From Dicyema japonicum (Eukaryota; Animalia; Dicyemida), in NCBI GenBank assembly GCA_011109175.1, contig RDEW01000011.1:428193-492192 (forward strand): a stretch of 64,000 nucleotides of DNA, read 5' to 3'. Below the pieces are notes generated by a model that was given only the letters and a program-made list of their open reading frames with translations, ran no database searches and had not been told where the DNA came from. The position numbers were made by a program, and so were the translations under genes. Positions 51,531 through 63,135 of this stretch are shown here, piece by piece (the first letter of the stretch is position 1; each line of letters opens with the position of its first letter).

Positions 51531-51859
51531 CATGAATCCATCTAAAGCTTTTTTTCAAAACATAGGGTTTCCAATCTCTCCTGATAAAAAGGGGGAGCGA
51601 GTGGTTGTATCCACCCTAGGGAATGAAGGAATTAAGTGTACTAGAGCTATGCCATAGTGAACCAGAGGTATTTCACCAGATTAGATATGCCACGACTTAC
51701 TTCACGTTCAAAGGAGAACATCCCTTTTTCCAGTACTGCTGAAAAATACGATACTCATAGTTTCGATACTCATCGTTTTTAGGGGGTAAGACTCGGCTAT
51801 GGGAAAATATGGCCAGGATCATCCAACATTTGAGCTTAATTAAGGTGTCAATAAAATGT

Positions 51860-52380
51860 GTTGCCAAAAGTTATATATTTGTCATTTTACTTGTAATTGA
51901 CAAATGCCGTTGACTTCCCCAAATTCTTCGAAATGGAAAAACATCAATATCGCAGAACAACTCCCGCAAATTTAGAATTAATTGGGCCAACTTATTTAAA
52001 CTACGACCAAGAAAAGTTCATTACATTCACTGGACATTTAAATCTGATAGCGAATCTTAAATTACCTTTCTATTACCAAGAACATGCAGATTTGATCAAC
52101 CAGGTAGGTATAGCAAAAATTTAGTGTCTCGCTGAACCCAAAAATATTGGAGAAGTCACAATCAGTGCTGGAGAAATGGAATCTTCAGTTGAATTCCGAG
52201 GAAATGGGTATGTGTCTTTTAAACTACAAAATGACCTATCAAGAATTGAAGTTGGCTTAAATAATGTTTAGATCGCCGATACATTATCTAGAAAAGACTT
52301 TAACTTAGTCAGCTCCTGCATAATCAATAATTCGATGGTAGTAGAAAGATGGTTTAGAAAACCTACATCAGATAATATAA
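51860..52380 (+). CDS. Putative small multi-exon gene of unknown function; start not resolved
   Basis: ORF 51897-52104 joined by a 21-nt GT-AG intron (gtaggtatagcaaaaatttag) to an in-frame CLAEPKNIGEV..; no recognised domain. Confidence 0.35.
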
Positions 52381-52644
52381 AATCTTATTGAATTTTGAAA
52401 TTTAAATAAAAAATTGTTCTAATTTTAATAAAATTGATATAAAATATAAAAATGAATTATTCTAATTTTACATTTCACTTATAATTTTTTGACCTTCTCA
52501 AAAATGTTTAATTTTTTGTGTAAAAAATGTTTAATTATTGACCAGGTTGTTTAGGGGTTAAGAATGCATGAAAATGACAATTGTAGTTTCTACCTGTCTC
52601 TTGGTTGAGTATTGTCTATCTATAATCTGTTTTCCTTTGATATT

Positions 52645-52815
52645 TCAATTAGGTGACGTCATGTGATCATTGACAGGACGGCATCAAAGATGTTAATTTG
52701 CTATCCCCTACTCAATTGGATCATTTCATGGTGGGATTCTCATAACTGGTTTCGGGTTGGTTCGTCACTCTGTGACTGTCATCGTGGGAACTGAATACAC
52801 TTAATTAGTTGTTAC
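52645..52815 (+). mobile_element. Diverged SINE family 2 fragment
   Basis: gtcatgtgatc..atttgct..atacacttaattagttg. Confidence 0.5.
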
Positions 52816-52860
52816 CATTGATTCAATTTAAAAAAGTAAAATTTAATTTTCACTCAGTAA

Positions 52861-54265
52861 TACTAACAGGAGAAGGTTGAGAATTAGTCATTTAAGTGAT
52901 GAATTCTCCTGGGAATGGCGGAATCCGTATATGAGAGGCTTCTGAAACAATCAAACGACGGTCGGCACACCCGGGGGTTGTGAAGCGGCAGTTAATGCTG
53001 TCCGAACATTCACCGAAATGAACGAGAACGTTCCGGACATAATCGTCAAAATTGACATTAAAAATGCTTTCATGTTTTCAACTACTACCAGTGTACAGCT
53101 ATGTTCATAACTTGTATGGAAAACCTTCCAGTCTAGTACACGGCCAATACTACATTCCATCGTCTTCTGGAGTCCAACAAAGAGATCCATTGGGCCCTGC
53201 CTTATTCATCCTGGGAATTGCCCGTATCACAGATACTCCTCTGAGAGTATGGTATCTGGATGATTGCACCATGGGCGGCCATCCGAAGGATGTACTAGAT
53301 AGTCCAAATTAAATCCTTATGCCTAACTCTAAACACCTCGAAGTGTGAAGTTATCAATTTTGGATTTCCGCAGCCTGAATGGGACTCAATCCTTGCAATG
53401 TTCAGAGAGATGAGTAATTAAACGCTACTCGTTGTGATGATAAAGAAAAAAAGAGAAAAGAAAATCAGAAAAAAGATGCAGCAAACTGCAGAAGAGATCT
53501 GCAAAAATGCAACATAATGAACAAAAGAAAGCGGATGATTCACTGCACAGGCTGTTCGTGTGGATTCTACATGTTCTGTGCCGGAATGACTAAAAGAGCC
53601 CTGACCGTCATTTCCGATTGGCAGTCATGTCTCCTACCTATAATACGACATACTCGGACCTATGTTCCATTAGATCATTGGAAATGCTTGAATTGATCTC
53701 AAACCTGACACATACACGAATAATCCTGATCAGGACACCATGCCCTCTCTTGTCGAAGAAGTGCAGGACCATTTCCAAGTCACAAGGCGATCAACGGAAT
53801 TGTCAAAAGAGCCCTGGAGTCTGCGGGATACCTAGCCATACTAGAACCTGTTGGCCTGGACAAAGGAGTCGGAATCACAATTTTCCCATTCGAAAAGGAG
53901 AAACCTTAGTCTGGGATGCTACTTATGTAGACCCACTTTGCCCATCCAACATTGTCGAGAACGCGGTAGACACCAAAATCAATGAGGGCAAAAGAGAATA
54001 AATACGAAGCGTTACGCGACCGATTCGCGTTCTATCCCATTGTGGTCGAACAACTGGGGGAATAAGTGGAAAGTCGCTCTGTTTCCTAAAAAAAACTTGG
54101 ACGCCTAGCTACACTAGAAAGCCACGACGCACGTGAGACCCGATGGCTTCTCCAGTTGATCTCTGTTGCAGTCGTGAGAGGCAACGCAACGTCGATAATG
54201 TCGGCGCTGTCCACTTTGGATGGATGACTGTGTTAATTAATTATTAATTATTTATTGGTTTAAAA
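52861..54265 (+). mobile_element. 5'-truncated, internally rearranged CRE element with a 5' HIRA-derived filler, flanked by a 13-bp TSD
   Basis: VGTPGGCEAAVNAVR, VKIDIKNAF, GVQQRDPLGPALF, WYLDD, GETLVWDATYVD; TSD tttcactcagtaa at 52848-52860 and 54266-54278. Confidence 0.85.
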
Positions 54266-54267
54266 TT

Positions 54268-54896
54268 TCACTCAGTAAAAGAAGATAAATCAGACTCATC
54301 TAAAATCTGCTGCAAAAACTCTTTTTGCTTGACAAGTAAACTATATTGGAGAGACAAGCCTTCAAGCTCGTCTCCAAAATCACTATACATTCTCAGATCA
54401 TGCTGTTTCGTCTCCAAATCATGTTGGGCCCAATCCAATTCGAGTAACAGTTTTTCTCTAATCTGTATCAGAAAACCAACCTACGATGCATATTGGCTTG
54501 GATTCTGGTCTCAGAATACATTTTATCATTTTTTTCTGCCTTTTTAAGCCAAAAATAGTTAAAATCACAAAACCTCAGCTTAGCATCAATGTAATCGAGG
54601 CATAAATTGATATTAGGAGCCACAGAATTCAGCTTATAAGACAGAGGCTGAAAGATAAACGGTCCTGGACTTCCAAAATTTCGTTCTTGAGTTCAGCCCA
54701 ACCTGAAAGTAAAGAAGGATAAAACTTTTGTTCAAAAAATTAATTTTTCTTTCGACTTTTTCTTTGGTCTGTTTAAAAATGGTTTCAATTCTCCTATTAT
54801 CCTCGAATTCATCCACCAAACCACGGAGAGGGCGACAAAATAAAAACTCCAAAAGTCTTTGCAGTTCTGAATGAAGCCAAGAAATTGGAAAATCAT
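54268..54896 (-). CDS. Unidentified coiled-coil protein; C-terminus weakly reminiscent of augmin HAUS4; 5' exons unresolved
   Basis: Last exon IREKLLLELDWAQHDLETKQHDLRMYSDFGDELEGLSLQYSLLVKQKEFLQQILDESDLSSFTE*; mini-intron-like spacers upstream. Confidence 0.45.
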
Positions 54897-55297
54897 TTTT
54901 CTTTAATTTTTATCAACAAAAAAATTATACAGTGAGTAATTTTTGTATTAAGAAATTAGAATTATCGGTATTTGTTACTTTTTGTTGTAATGTCAGACGA
55001 ATTGGTTCTATTAACAGGCGACTCTTAAAATAAATTTACTAAGTTCAACCTCTTCTGGGTTTTCTTGGTTAGTTATTTGCTCAAGCAATTCGAGAATCAT
55101 TTTATTTTTTATATATTCTTGTTGGTAGTTGATTGTATTGCTTCTCATTAAAAAGGCGCCACGACAAAACAGAAAATAATTTAAACTCAAATTTATTTAT
55201 AAATTATTGAATAATTATTTTTATTAAACCTGTCTAACACTTTCATGATTAATATTATCATTTTTAATTTTTTAATAAAAGGTTATCTTTCTATTTT

Positions 55298-56870
55298 CTA
55301 TCTTTTTTCCCTTTGTTCAATTAGCGTGGCTTCATTTGATCCACCTGCTGGGATGGCATCAAAAATATTATCCACTATCTCCCAGCTGACTGGATCATTT
55401 CTTGGAGTGGTTGCTACAATTATGGTTTCAGATGGACCAGTCTTAGCATTGGATACACTAAATTGATTTTTAACCATTAACTTTTTTCTCATTGTATCCG
55501 GAGTTAATCAAAAAAGAATACAATGTCGTCTTAATTTTTTACTAGTTAAAAATCTAACCGTTAATTGTGGCATCATAAGGTAGATTCTATGCTGTCTACC
55601 GTATCAAAGTATCCCCATCTCCCCCCTGTTACGTTATTAGCGTTGGCCACGCGATCATCTGTCTGAGGTAGCTCTAAATGCCCTTATTTACGTACTATAA
55701 TATCGTATTTTTCTTAGTCCTGGTTCCGGGTAAACTTTTGGTGCTATTAGAATGGGTTTTATTTCTCTTAGCAAGAAAGAAGGTCTCAAAGCCAATAATT
55801 AACTAATGTCAACTTCTAGTAATTATCGACTCTCCTAAGTGCTCAACCAATGATCCAACCGCCTTTTAGAGGTGTCTGCTAGAATTTCACCAGAAAAACT
55901 CATCAAGGTGACTTTCTTTAGGACTGATAGGGGGGTACTGGTGGATTATAGTACCCCTAAGCAATTTTTCTTATAAATGCTAGACTTAATAATTTTTCAA
56001 CTCTAAATTTTTTGATCGCTAGAAACAACTTGCCCTACTTATTACTCTAAATCACCGTGAGACTGACGTTGCAAAGGACAAACATGAGAGACCTTGAAAT
56101 CGGTCCCTATTTGGAGGAAAACGAAATTTTTAATTTTGTCTAAAAACGTGATTAACAATGCAAGAGGCGAAAATAGGAGACATTGACATTGTCCCCTTTT
56201 CGGAGGAAATACGAAATTTTTATTTTTGAATAAAAACGTGATTGGTGTTGCAAGGGACAAAAAACTATGGATATTTTTTGCAGTATAGTAGCCCAAAGCA
56301 CTTATAGTACACCTATGCAATTATAGAACCCCCCAAAAATAATAATTTTTGTGATCATAAAAAATTTTTAAAATTATTTTTTATACCTAAAGAGTTTTAT
56401 GTTAACCTTGGTTCTAACCGTAATACATTGGACATGTTCTCTGCACCTTTTTTGACTTTTAATGGAATATCAATCCCCTCCACAAACTCAATCAAATCAT
56501 TGAGTCTAGTTGACCAATTAGCCAAGTGGTTAATTGATCAGAAGGTTGATGTGATGAAGTAAACTTTAGTGTTCAACTTATGCAAAGAAAATCATATTCG
56601 AGTAAGCATTAATGACCTCATTGATCCTGAGTCGGTAGACGGAATGAGAAAATCAGATATTTTTACAGTAGCATCTGTGAAATATTAATAAAATAATAGA
56701 CCTGTTAGTTTGAAATGCTTATTAGGCGAAAGATTCAACTGAAAGCTGTTGTTAGAATTTCGTGATTGATAGAAAATTCACCAGGATATTTTCTAATAAC
56801 AGTCTTAACCTTTTCAGTGACTTTCTTGATTGAACGAGGAATAACAGTTGATGACACTAGTATTTTATTC
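55298..56870 (-). CDS. Probable unidentified multi-exon gene, interrupted by the MITE-like insert
   Basis: Short coding-like blocks separated by GT..AG spacers (e.g. gtacgtaaataagggcatttag, gtctattattttattaatatttcacag); a continuous frame could not be assembled. Confidence 0.3.
55930..56334. repeat. MITE-like insert with short inverted ends and an internal ~85-bp tandem duplication
   Basis: ggggggtact at 55930 versus agaacccccc ending at 56334; duplicated ggaggaaa..cgaaattttt..aaaaacgtgatt..tgcaag blocks; no TSD found. Confidence 0.45.
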
Positions 56871-56929
56871 AAAAATTTGAAAAATTAAAAATAAAAATCA
56901 ATAAAAATTTTTAAACAATAAAATACAAC

Positions 56930-59900
56930 CGTAAAGACGTTCACATCATGGAACAACACATATTATACCCAAGAGACTGGACACGACATGCTCTTCATGC
57001 GGTTATGTCAATGCACGCAAATATGGACTTTTCTGCTCGTCTTGTGGGGACTTTTTCCACCTCGGATGCATAAAGATGTCTCAGCGGGCTGCATGTTCGC
57101 TCTGCTGTGGAACTGCAGTGTCTGCATGGGCACTGATCGGAAACCCAGACGATCATCCAAACGAGCACGTCGAACCAAATGAGCCTCTTGACATCAATGA
57201 TACGGACAACCTCTTGCTCTTCTTGTCGGATCTAAGGAAAGCCAAGAAGATTCCAATCAGGATGCCAAGACCCGTCCCGATCCCCGCGGCTACATGCTGG
57301 TTTCTGCAATTGACGATGCTCTCGCGTCCGACGACCAGAAGCCTGGCTAAAACTCCTCAGTTTCGCCCTGATGGCACTTGAAATTCCATTTATCGACTCA
57401 AAAGAAGATCAACGAAACACAGGAGAAAGTACGACACTTGGGAACTCCCTTTCCTCAAAAATGAAAGAACATCCAGGTTTTTCATATAAATTCTCTCACC
57501 AAGACGAAAGTCCTGAAACCGAAACACCCTGATGCCAATCCTCCGGTTTCTTTGAATGGCCGGACAACTTGGAGAGAGTAAATCGCAAACTCCGAGCGGC
57601 GTTGCGCGTTGTTGCCAGCGACGATACTGTCATGGCCGCGACTCCTGAGGTGCTTGAACTACTGAGACGAAAACATCCATGTCCCCTGGCAGATTACCGC
57701 CATCATTACAAAACTGATTATGCGTATTTTGAACGGAGATATTCCACCTTACGCAAGGAAGCTTCTTTTTTCAGTGCACATCTACTGGTCTTCAAAAAAC
57801 CGAAGGTGGGGTCCGCCCATCGTGATCGGCAACTATTTCAGAAGACTGACAACGAAAATCGCATGCAGTATTGTCTGTCCGAGAATATCTGAAGAATTTT
57901 CCCTCTTCAACTGGGGGTCGGTGTAAGGAACAGATGCCAGGCGGAGTGCATGCTGCGAGGTGTTTTTTTTGGACAGAAAGACGAACAAAACACACACATT
58001 GGGGTCAAGCTGGTCATCTGCAATGTTTTCAATTCACTGCGGAGGAATAAAATTTTCGAAACTACAAGCAAACGAGCCCCGGAACTTATTCTAATCGTCT
58101 ACCTCGCATATGGAATTAACTCTTCAATGGTTTTCGGGGACAAGATTATTGTTCGGAGACTGGAATCCAACAAGGGACCCACTTGGTCCACTTCTCTTCG
58201 CTCTGGCCATCGATGAAATTGTCCGCTCTATCAACACAAAACTAAACCTCTGGTATCTTGATGACGCCACGATTGGAGAGCCGTGGAGAAAAGTTCATGA
58301 CGTTCTGTCATATGCTGTGTCGGCACTACAAAACCTCTAACTTGAGATAAATATAAAGAAATCGGAGCTAATAAATATCACATACTCGGAGAGTGATTTT
58401 ATCAACGTGGTCGAGTCTTTCAACTCGGTACTACTTGGAATTACTGTCGTACCCAGGGAGCGGACATACTTTCTTGGGTGCCCACTTGACGAAAAAGAAC
58501 TAACAAAAGAGAATGAACTCTCTAGAGTTACGAGAAACTTTCCTCATCGATGCTCATACTGCGTTCTTCCTTTTGAAGAATAGCATCGGCTCGCCCAAAC
58601 TCCTGTACGCTCTCCGTTGTTCTCCCTGCTTCAAACCTCGTGACATCTTCCTGTCACTGGATAGGATATTGAGAAAATCATCCGAATTGCTTCTAAACAT
58701 CCACTTTGACGTGCCAAGTTGGAATCAATGCAAGCTTCCTACACGCCTCAGAGGCACGGGTCTCAGGTCGGCGCTGGAGATCACCTTTCCAGCAAATGTG
58801 TCATCGCTCTCAAGTGGAAGCCTTTTGGTCCAAGATATCCTACGTTTTCCAACCGGACTTTCTTGGGAAAAGTCTTCGACGAAGTTCGTGAAACTGGTTT
58901 GGATACGCCGAACGATCTTTCGAAACAACGAGACTGGGATGAGATCTACTTCAAGAATATCTTCGACGTGCTAAAGTCTGAGCCCAACCAGCATCGTCTC
59001 ACATGCCTCGTGTCTGCCGCCAACCATGGGAGCGGAGCGTGGCTGGATGCACTCCCGTGTTCCTCCCTAGGGATTTTTTGTACGATGATTGTATTCGGAT
59101 TGCGATCGCACAGCGCCTGGGATTTGATGTTTGCGTCGAACACCAATGTTGTTGTAGAAGGATCGTCGATGCCAAATGGCTGCATCCGCTTTCGTGCAAA
59201 AGGAGTGCGGGCAGAGTACCCCGCCACGCTGATATGAACAACATTGTCATGCGTGCTCTTGAAGCTGCAGGTTTTCCGGCAGTGCTGTTGCCCGTAAAAA
59301 TGACCGCGGAGACGGGAAAAGACCGGATGGGCTAACTATCTTCCCATGCACTGAGGGAAAATCGCTCGTATGGGACTGTACTGTTGTGGATTCTTTCCCG
59401 AACTCGATGATACTCAGCTCGGCGCAGTCTGCTGGATCGCAGCCGATCTAATAATAATAATAATAATAACAGCCTTTTCACGAGAGCCATAATATTTATA
59501 TCTCCGCATAGGTAGGAAACACAAATTATTTAAGTAAAGAACAGTTAATTTTAACTATTCGTAGAGTCAAACAATGATCTTCACATCTTTTTTTTTTTCT
59601 TGTGTGTGGGTCTTTTTTAGACTATCCAGTTCCGCAGTGAATGTCCACTGATGACGACGTCACTCGTCAAGCCCTTTAGCATCGTAGATGTGTGGAACCT
59701 TCCACCAGGTGAACAGCAGCGAGAATCGAACCCGTAACCTAAGCCACTTTGCCCGACACCTAACCACTATGCCACCTGGCTGAGAAAGCCGAATTGGCCG
59801 AGAAAATCAAGATTAAAAAATATGACGAAATTGTAGACCGCTTTCGTTTTGTACCGGTGGCAATCGAGAAGTCTGGTGCTGCGGGAAGTATCACTGCCTC

Positions 59901-60047
59901 TTTCCTGAAGGAAATCGGGAGAAAATTGGCTCACCGTAAGAAAGACGTGCGAGAAGCGGTCTGGCTGAGGCAACGAATTGGGATTGCAGCTGTCCACGGA
60001 AACGTTTACTCCGTAATGTCAGCAGCCGCTCTTCCCCATTATTATTA
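56930..60047 (+). mobile_element. Near full-length, frameshifted CRE-clade retrotransposon with an N-terminal PHD finger
   Basis: C4HC3 CSSC..CSSCGDFFHLGC..WNCSVC; QLGVGV..GAECM; QQGDPLGPLLFALAI; WYLDDATIG; GAWLDALP; HPLSCKRSAGRVPRH; FVPVAIEKSG..WLRQRIGIAAVHGN. Confidence 0.9.
59450..59776 (-). mobile_element. tRNA-derived SINE (family 1) nested in the CRE ORF
   Basis: Near-identical to 7742-8066; removing it rejoins ..AAD-L-AEKAELAEKIKIKKY. Confidence 0.9.
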
Positions 60048-62500
60048 TTACCCCCAGGATCGCTGGGTCAAAAAGAAAGAAATAAAAGTTCTCAACTAAC
60101 TAAGTGATCCCAGACCGACAAGGGAGAAGACGAGTCCGGCGGGGTCGAGAATCCTGAACAGCTCTTTCTCATCGGACATGGCATCGGCTCAAAATCTCTG
60201 TATGATTGTAGATATTTCGATAGTGTATGGAATAGAGGGCAGCTCGGTAAACTAGCCTCCTATAAGATTTTCCGTTGTAATTCGATTAAGAAATTTTCAA
60301 TGAGCTAGATTTTGTGTTCTGGTCCAATTAACCTTATTGCAGTCTCCTTGATTGCAGATAGTTTCAATGAGGAGGATCGTGAAATCTGCATTGCCCACGA
60401 AGGACTTGCCTACGTCATCGTTGGTTGGATAAATTGTTCATAAATCATGGCAAGGTCACAAATTGGGCTCTAAGAGTTTTGAGAGCACTTTTAAAATTCT
60501 CATTTTCTTCAAAGCAGAAGAGACTTTGTTCTCAACATGTCGGATAAAGGTGAGTCCCTGATCAAAGGTGACTCTCAGAATTTTCGGTGTTTCGTTAATT
60601 GGAATAGCCTCGTTCTTCATAAAGATTTTTGGTTCGACAGAGCTGTCTTTTGTAAGTGGTAAACAGCGTGACAGAGGACTTTGTTGCTGATGTGTCGAGT
60701 CTCCGCTTCGAGAGTCATAGTTCCAGCTTCTCAAGCATTTTTTGAGCGGACTGAGTCGCTGATTGAATGCTTCTGTCCTTGGAGGCAAGAATGATATCGT
60801 CGGCATAGGAGAGGATTAGACAGTTTTCATTACAGGTTTGTGGCATGTCGTTTATGTAGAGATTGAAGAGTTGGGGTGATATTGGGCAGCCTTGAGGGAC
60901 TCCATTTGGACAGTGGCGAGATCTTGTTGTTGCAAAGTACTTGTGCTCGTCTTCCATTTAAGAAGTTTCCAAGCCAAAGTTTCAAGTTCTACCAAAGATG
61001 GTTTGAAAGCGATGAGAAAAGTATTCTTGTAGAGCTTCTCGTTAGATCGAGGAAATATGCTATTAAACTGGCATATGGACTTGATTTAAAATCTAAATTA
61101 CCCCTAATTATGAAAGACGTGCAAGATCTATTAAAAAAATATTGCACCACTTGAAAAAATAATTCTTGTTTGGTGCAAGAGGTCGATAATTCGAAGAGGA
61201 GACATATGGTGTCTCGTTATACCAGACCCCATCAACTAGGACAAACTCCTTGGCTTCTCCCTGTTTAATTAGTTATTAATTAGCAACGAGTTTGTTATGT
61301 TAATAAAATTTATCTATCTAAGTTTCAAGTTCGGATGGATGTTGGTTTCGAATATTTTCTTTGTAAGGAGTTTCCTAGGAACGCTTTTGTGATGTGATGG
61401 GGTTTGGGGGAGTTAAATCTTTCTGCAATGAATTTTGTGACAGTTGTGAGGTATGTTGTGATCGACTGTTATCCAGGAATCCGTGCTGGGTCGAAGGTAT
61501 TGAGATTGAGTCTTGTACTTTTTCCAGAACAAGCCTTTCAAAGATCCTTGAGACCGGACTCAGAATAGATATTGGGCGGTAGGAAGATGGTTCATCTATT
61601 GGTTTGTTAGGTTTTCGAATAGGTTTGATTAGAGACTTCTTCCATAATTCAGGGATTGTATTTGTGTCAATGGATAGGTTGAAGATATAGGCTAATAGTT
61701 CCAGGGCTCGATGGCCTAGGTGCTTCAGTTCACATGTGGTTATGTTGTCTGGTCCGTTGGCCTCTGAGTTGTTGGCTTTGGATATGTCTCTGCGAACATC
61801 CTGGCTAGTAAATAGGATCCAGTAATTGGAGCGTTTCAGTTCAATCTTTTTCTGGAATACTTGGTGTTCTTTTGAAAACCTCTTGTAGGAGATAGACGTA
61901 TAATATTTTATCAGAGTGTCTGGTTTTATGTAGACTTCGACTTTTCTCTTTTGGGAGGATCTTTTGATGTTCTTGATCCACTTCCACACTCTCTGCATTA
62001 GGAATTCTTGCAGAGAGCCTTTGATAGTCTCGTCCATCTTAAATTATTTCGTTCTCTGATCAAATGTTTCGTCGTTGTGTTGAAACGTTTTGATGACGTA
62101 GGTGCCTCTTCATTGGAATGTACTTCCTTTTCGCAGCTTTTATGGTGGAGTTGAACCATTTCACTAATTGTTCGACGGTGGGAGGAGTGGGGAAATTTAA
62201 TAGTCCAATTCAATTATTGACGTAATCATTGAATCCTCTCCAGTTCACAAGGCTGTAATTAGTTATCGTTGGACATTGTCCTTTTATCCGTGACCTCGTT
62301 TTGACCTCCAAAAATCCTGGTGTCATATTTCACTGACCAGTCAATAAAAGGGGTCAAGGACGGTGATAACAGTGAGATGTCAATAGATGAAGGCTTATCA
62401 TTACGTCGAGTAGGTGTTCTTGTATGGGATGCAGGATCGTTGAGTATACATAGACTGTGGAGAAAGGAGTCTTTCAATGTTAAATAATTGCTCGAAAAAG
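60038..62500 (-). mobile_element. 5'-truncated APE-type LINE (APE C-terminus, RT, 3' UTR, (TAA)n tail)
   Basis: KPSSIDISL, NGPDNIT..LWKKSLIKPIRKPNK..YRPISILSPVSRIFER, GVPQGCPISPQLFNLYINDMP, LSYADD, KILRVTFDQGLTF. Confidence 0.9.
60990..61319 (+). mobile_element. 330-bp insertion in the LINE RT with a 13-bp TSD
   Basis: aagtttcaagttc at 60977-60989 and 61320-61332; removing it rejoins NIHPNLKLWLGNFLNGR. Confidence 0.85.
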
Positions 62501-63135
62501 TCAAATTTAATTTTTAAGGTCAAAAGATATATTTTAAGGTCATATTTCTATCATTTTTAGGTCATCTTTGTGGTTGCCCTAGTTATGAACAAAAAAGTAT
62601 CAGATGTTCATAGGATCCAGATTCGAATTTTATCCAGTCCAAAATTGAAAGAACTTGGGGGATCATCTGTCAGAAAATGCACGTGTTGGCTGATAGTTAA
62701 TATGATTCTATGTATTTTACTAATATTAAATTCTGAATTTCATTGAGTATCTGAACTAAATGGAACATGTCCTTGAACAGCGACCTCTGCCTAACCACCT
62801 TGTTTACTGAGAGCAAGTACTGACTACTGAAAATACATGTTGGTCACTGAAGTTGCCAGATGTTCCAAAGTCAGGATACATCTGGTGGAGCTGGCGTCTC
62901 TGTTAGGCGATGATGTGGCAATTGATCTGAGAGAACAGCAAACGAAGGAGAGGGAGTTCGAAAACTCTTAAGAGAAGGAAACATCGATTCTGATAAAATT
63001 TAGTTCTCATTAAATTTTTTATTGCTAATAATAATGAGTAAAATTTTATGCGTTAGAAATTATTTGTGTTAGTGTGGTCTGAATTTATATCTCTGTTTTT
63101 AATTCCCTTCATTTTATAACGCTTTAAATTAAAAA

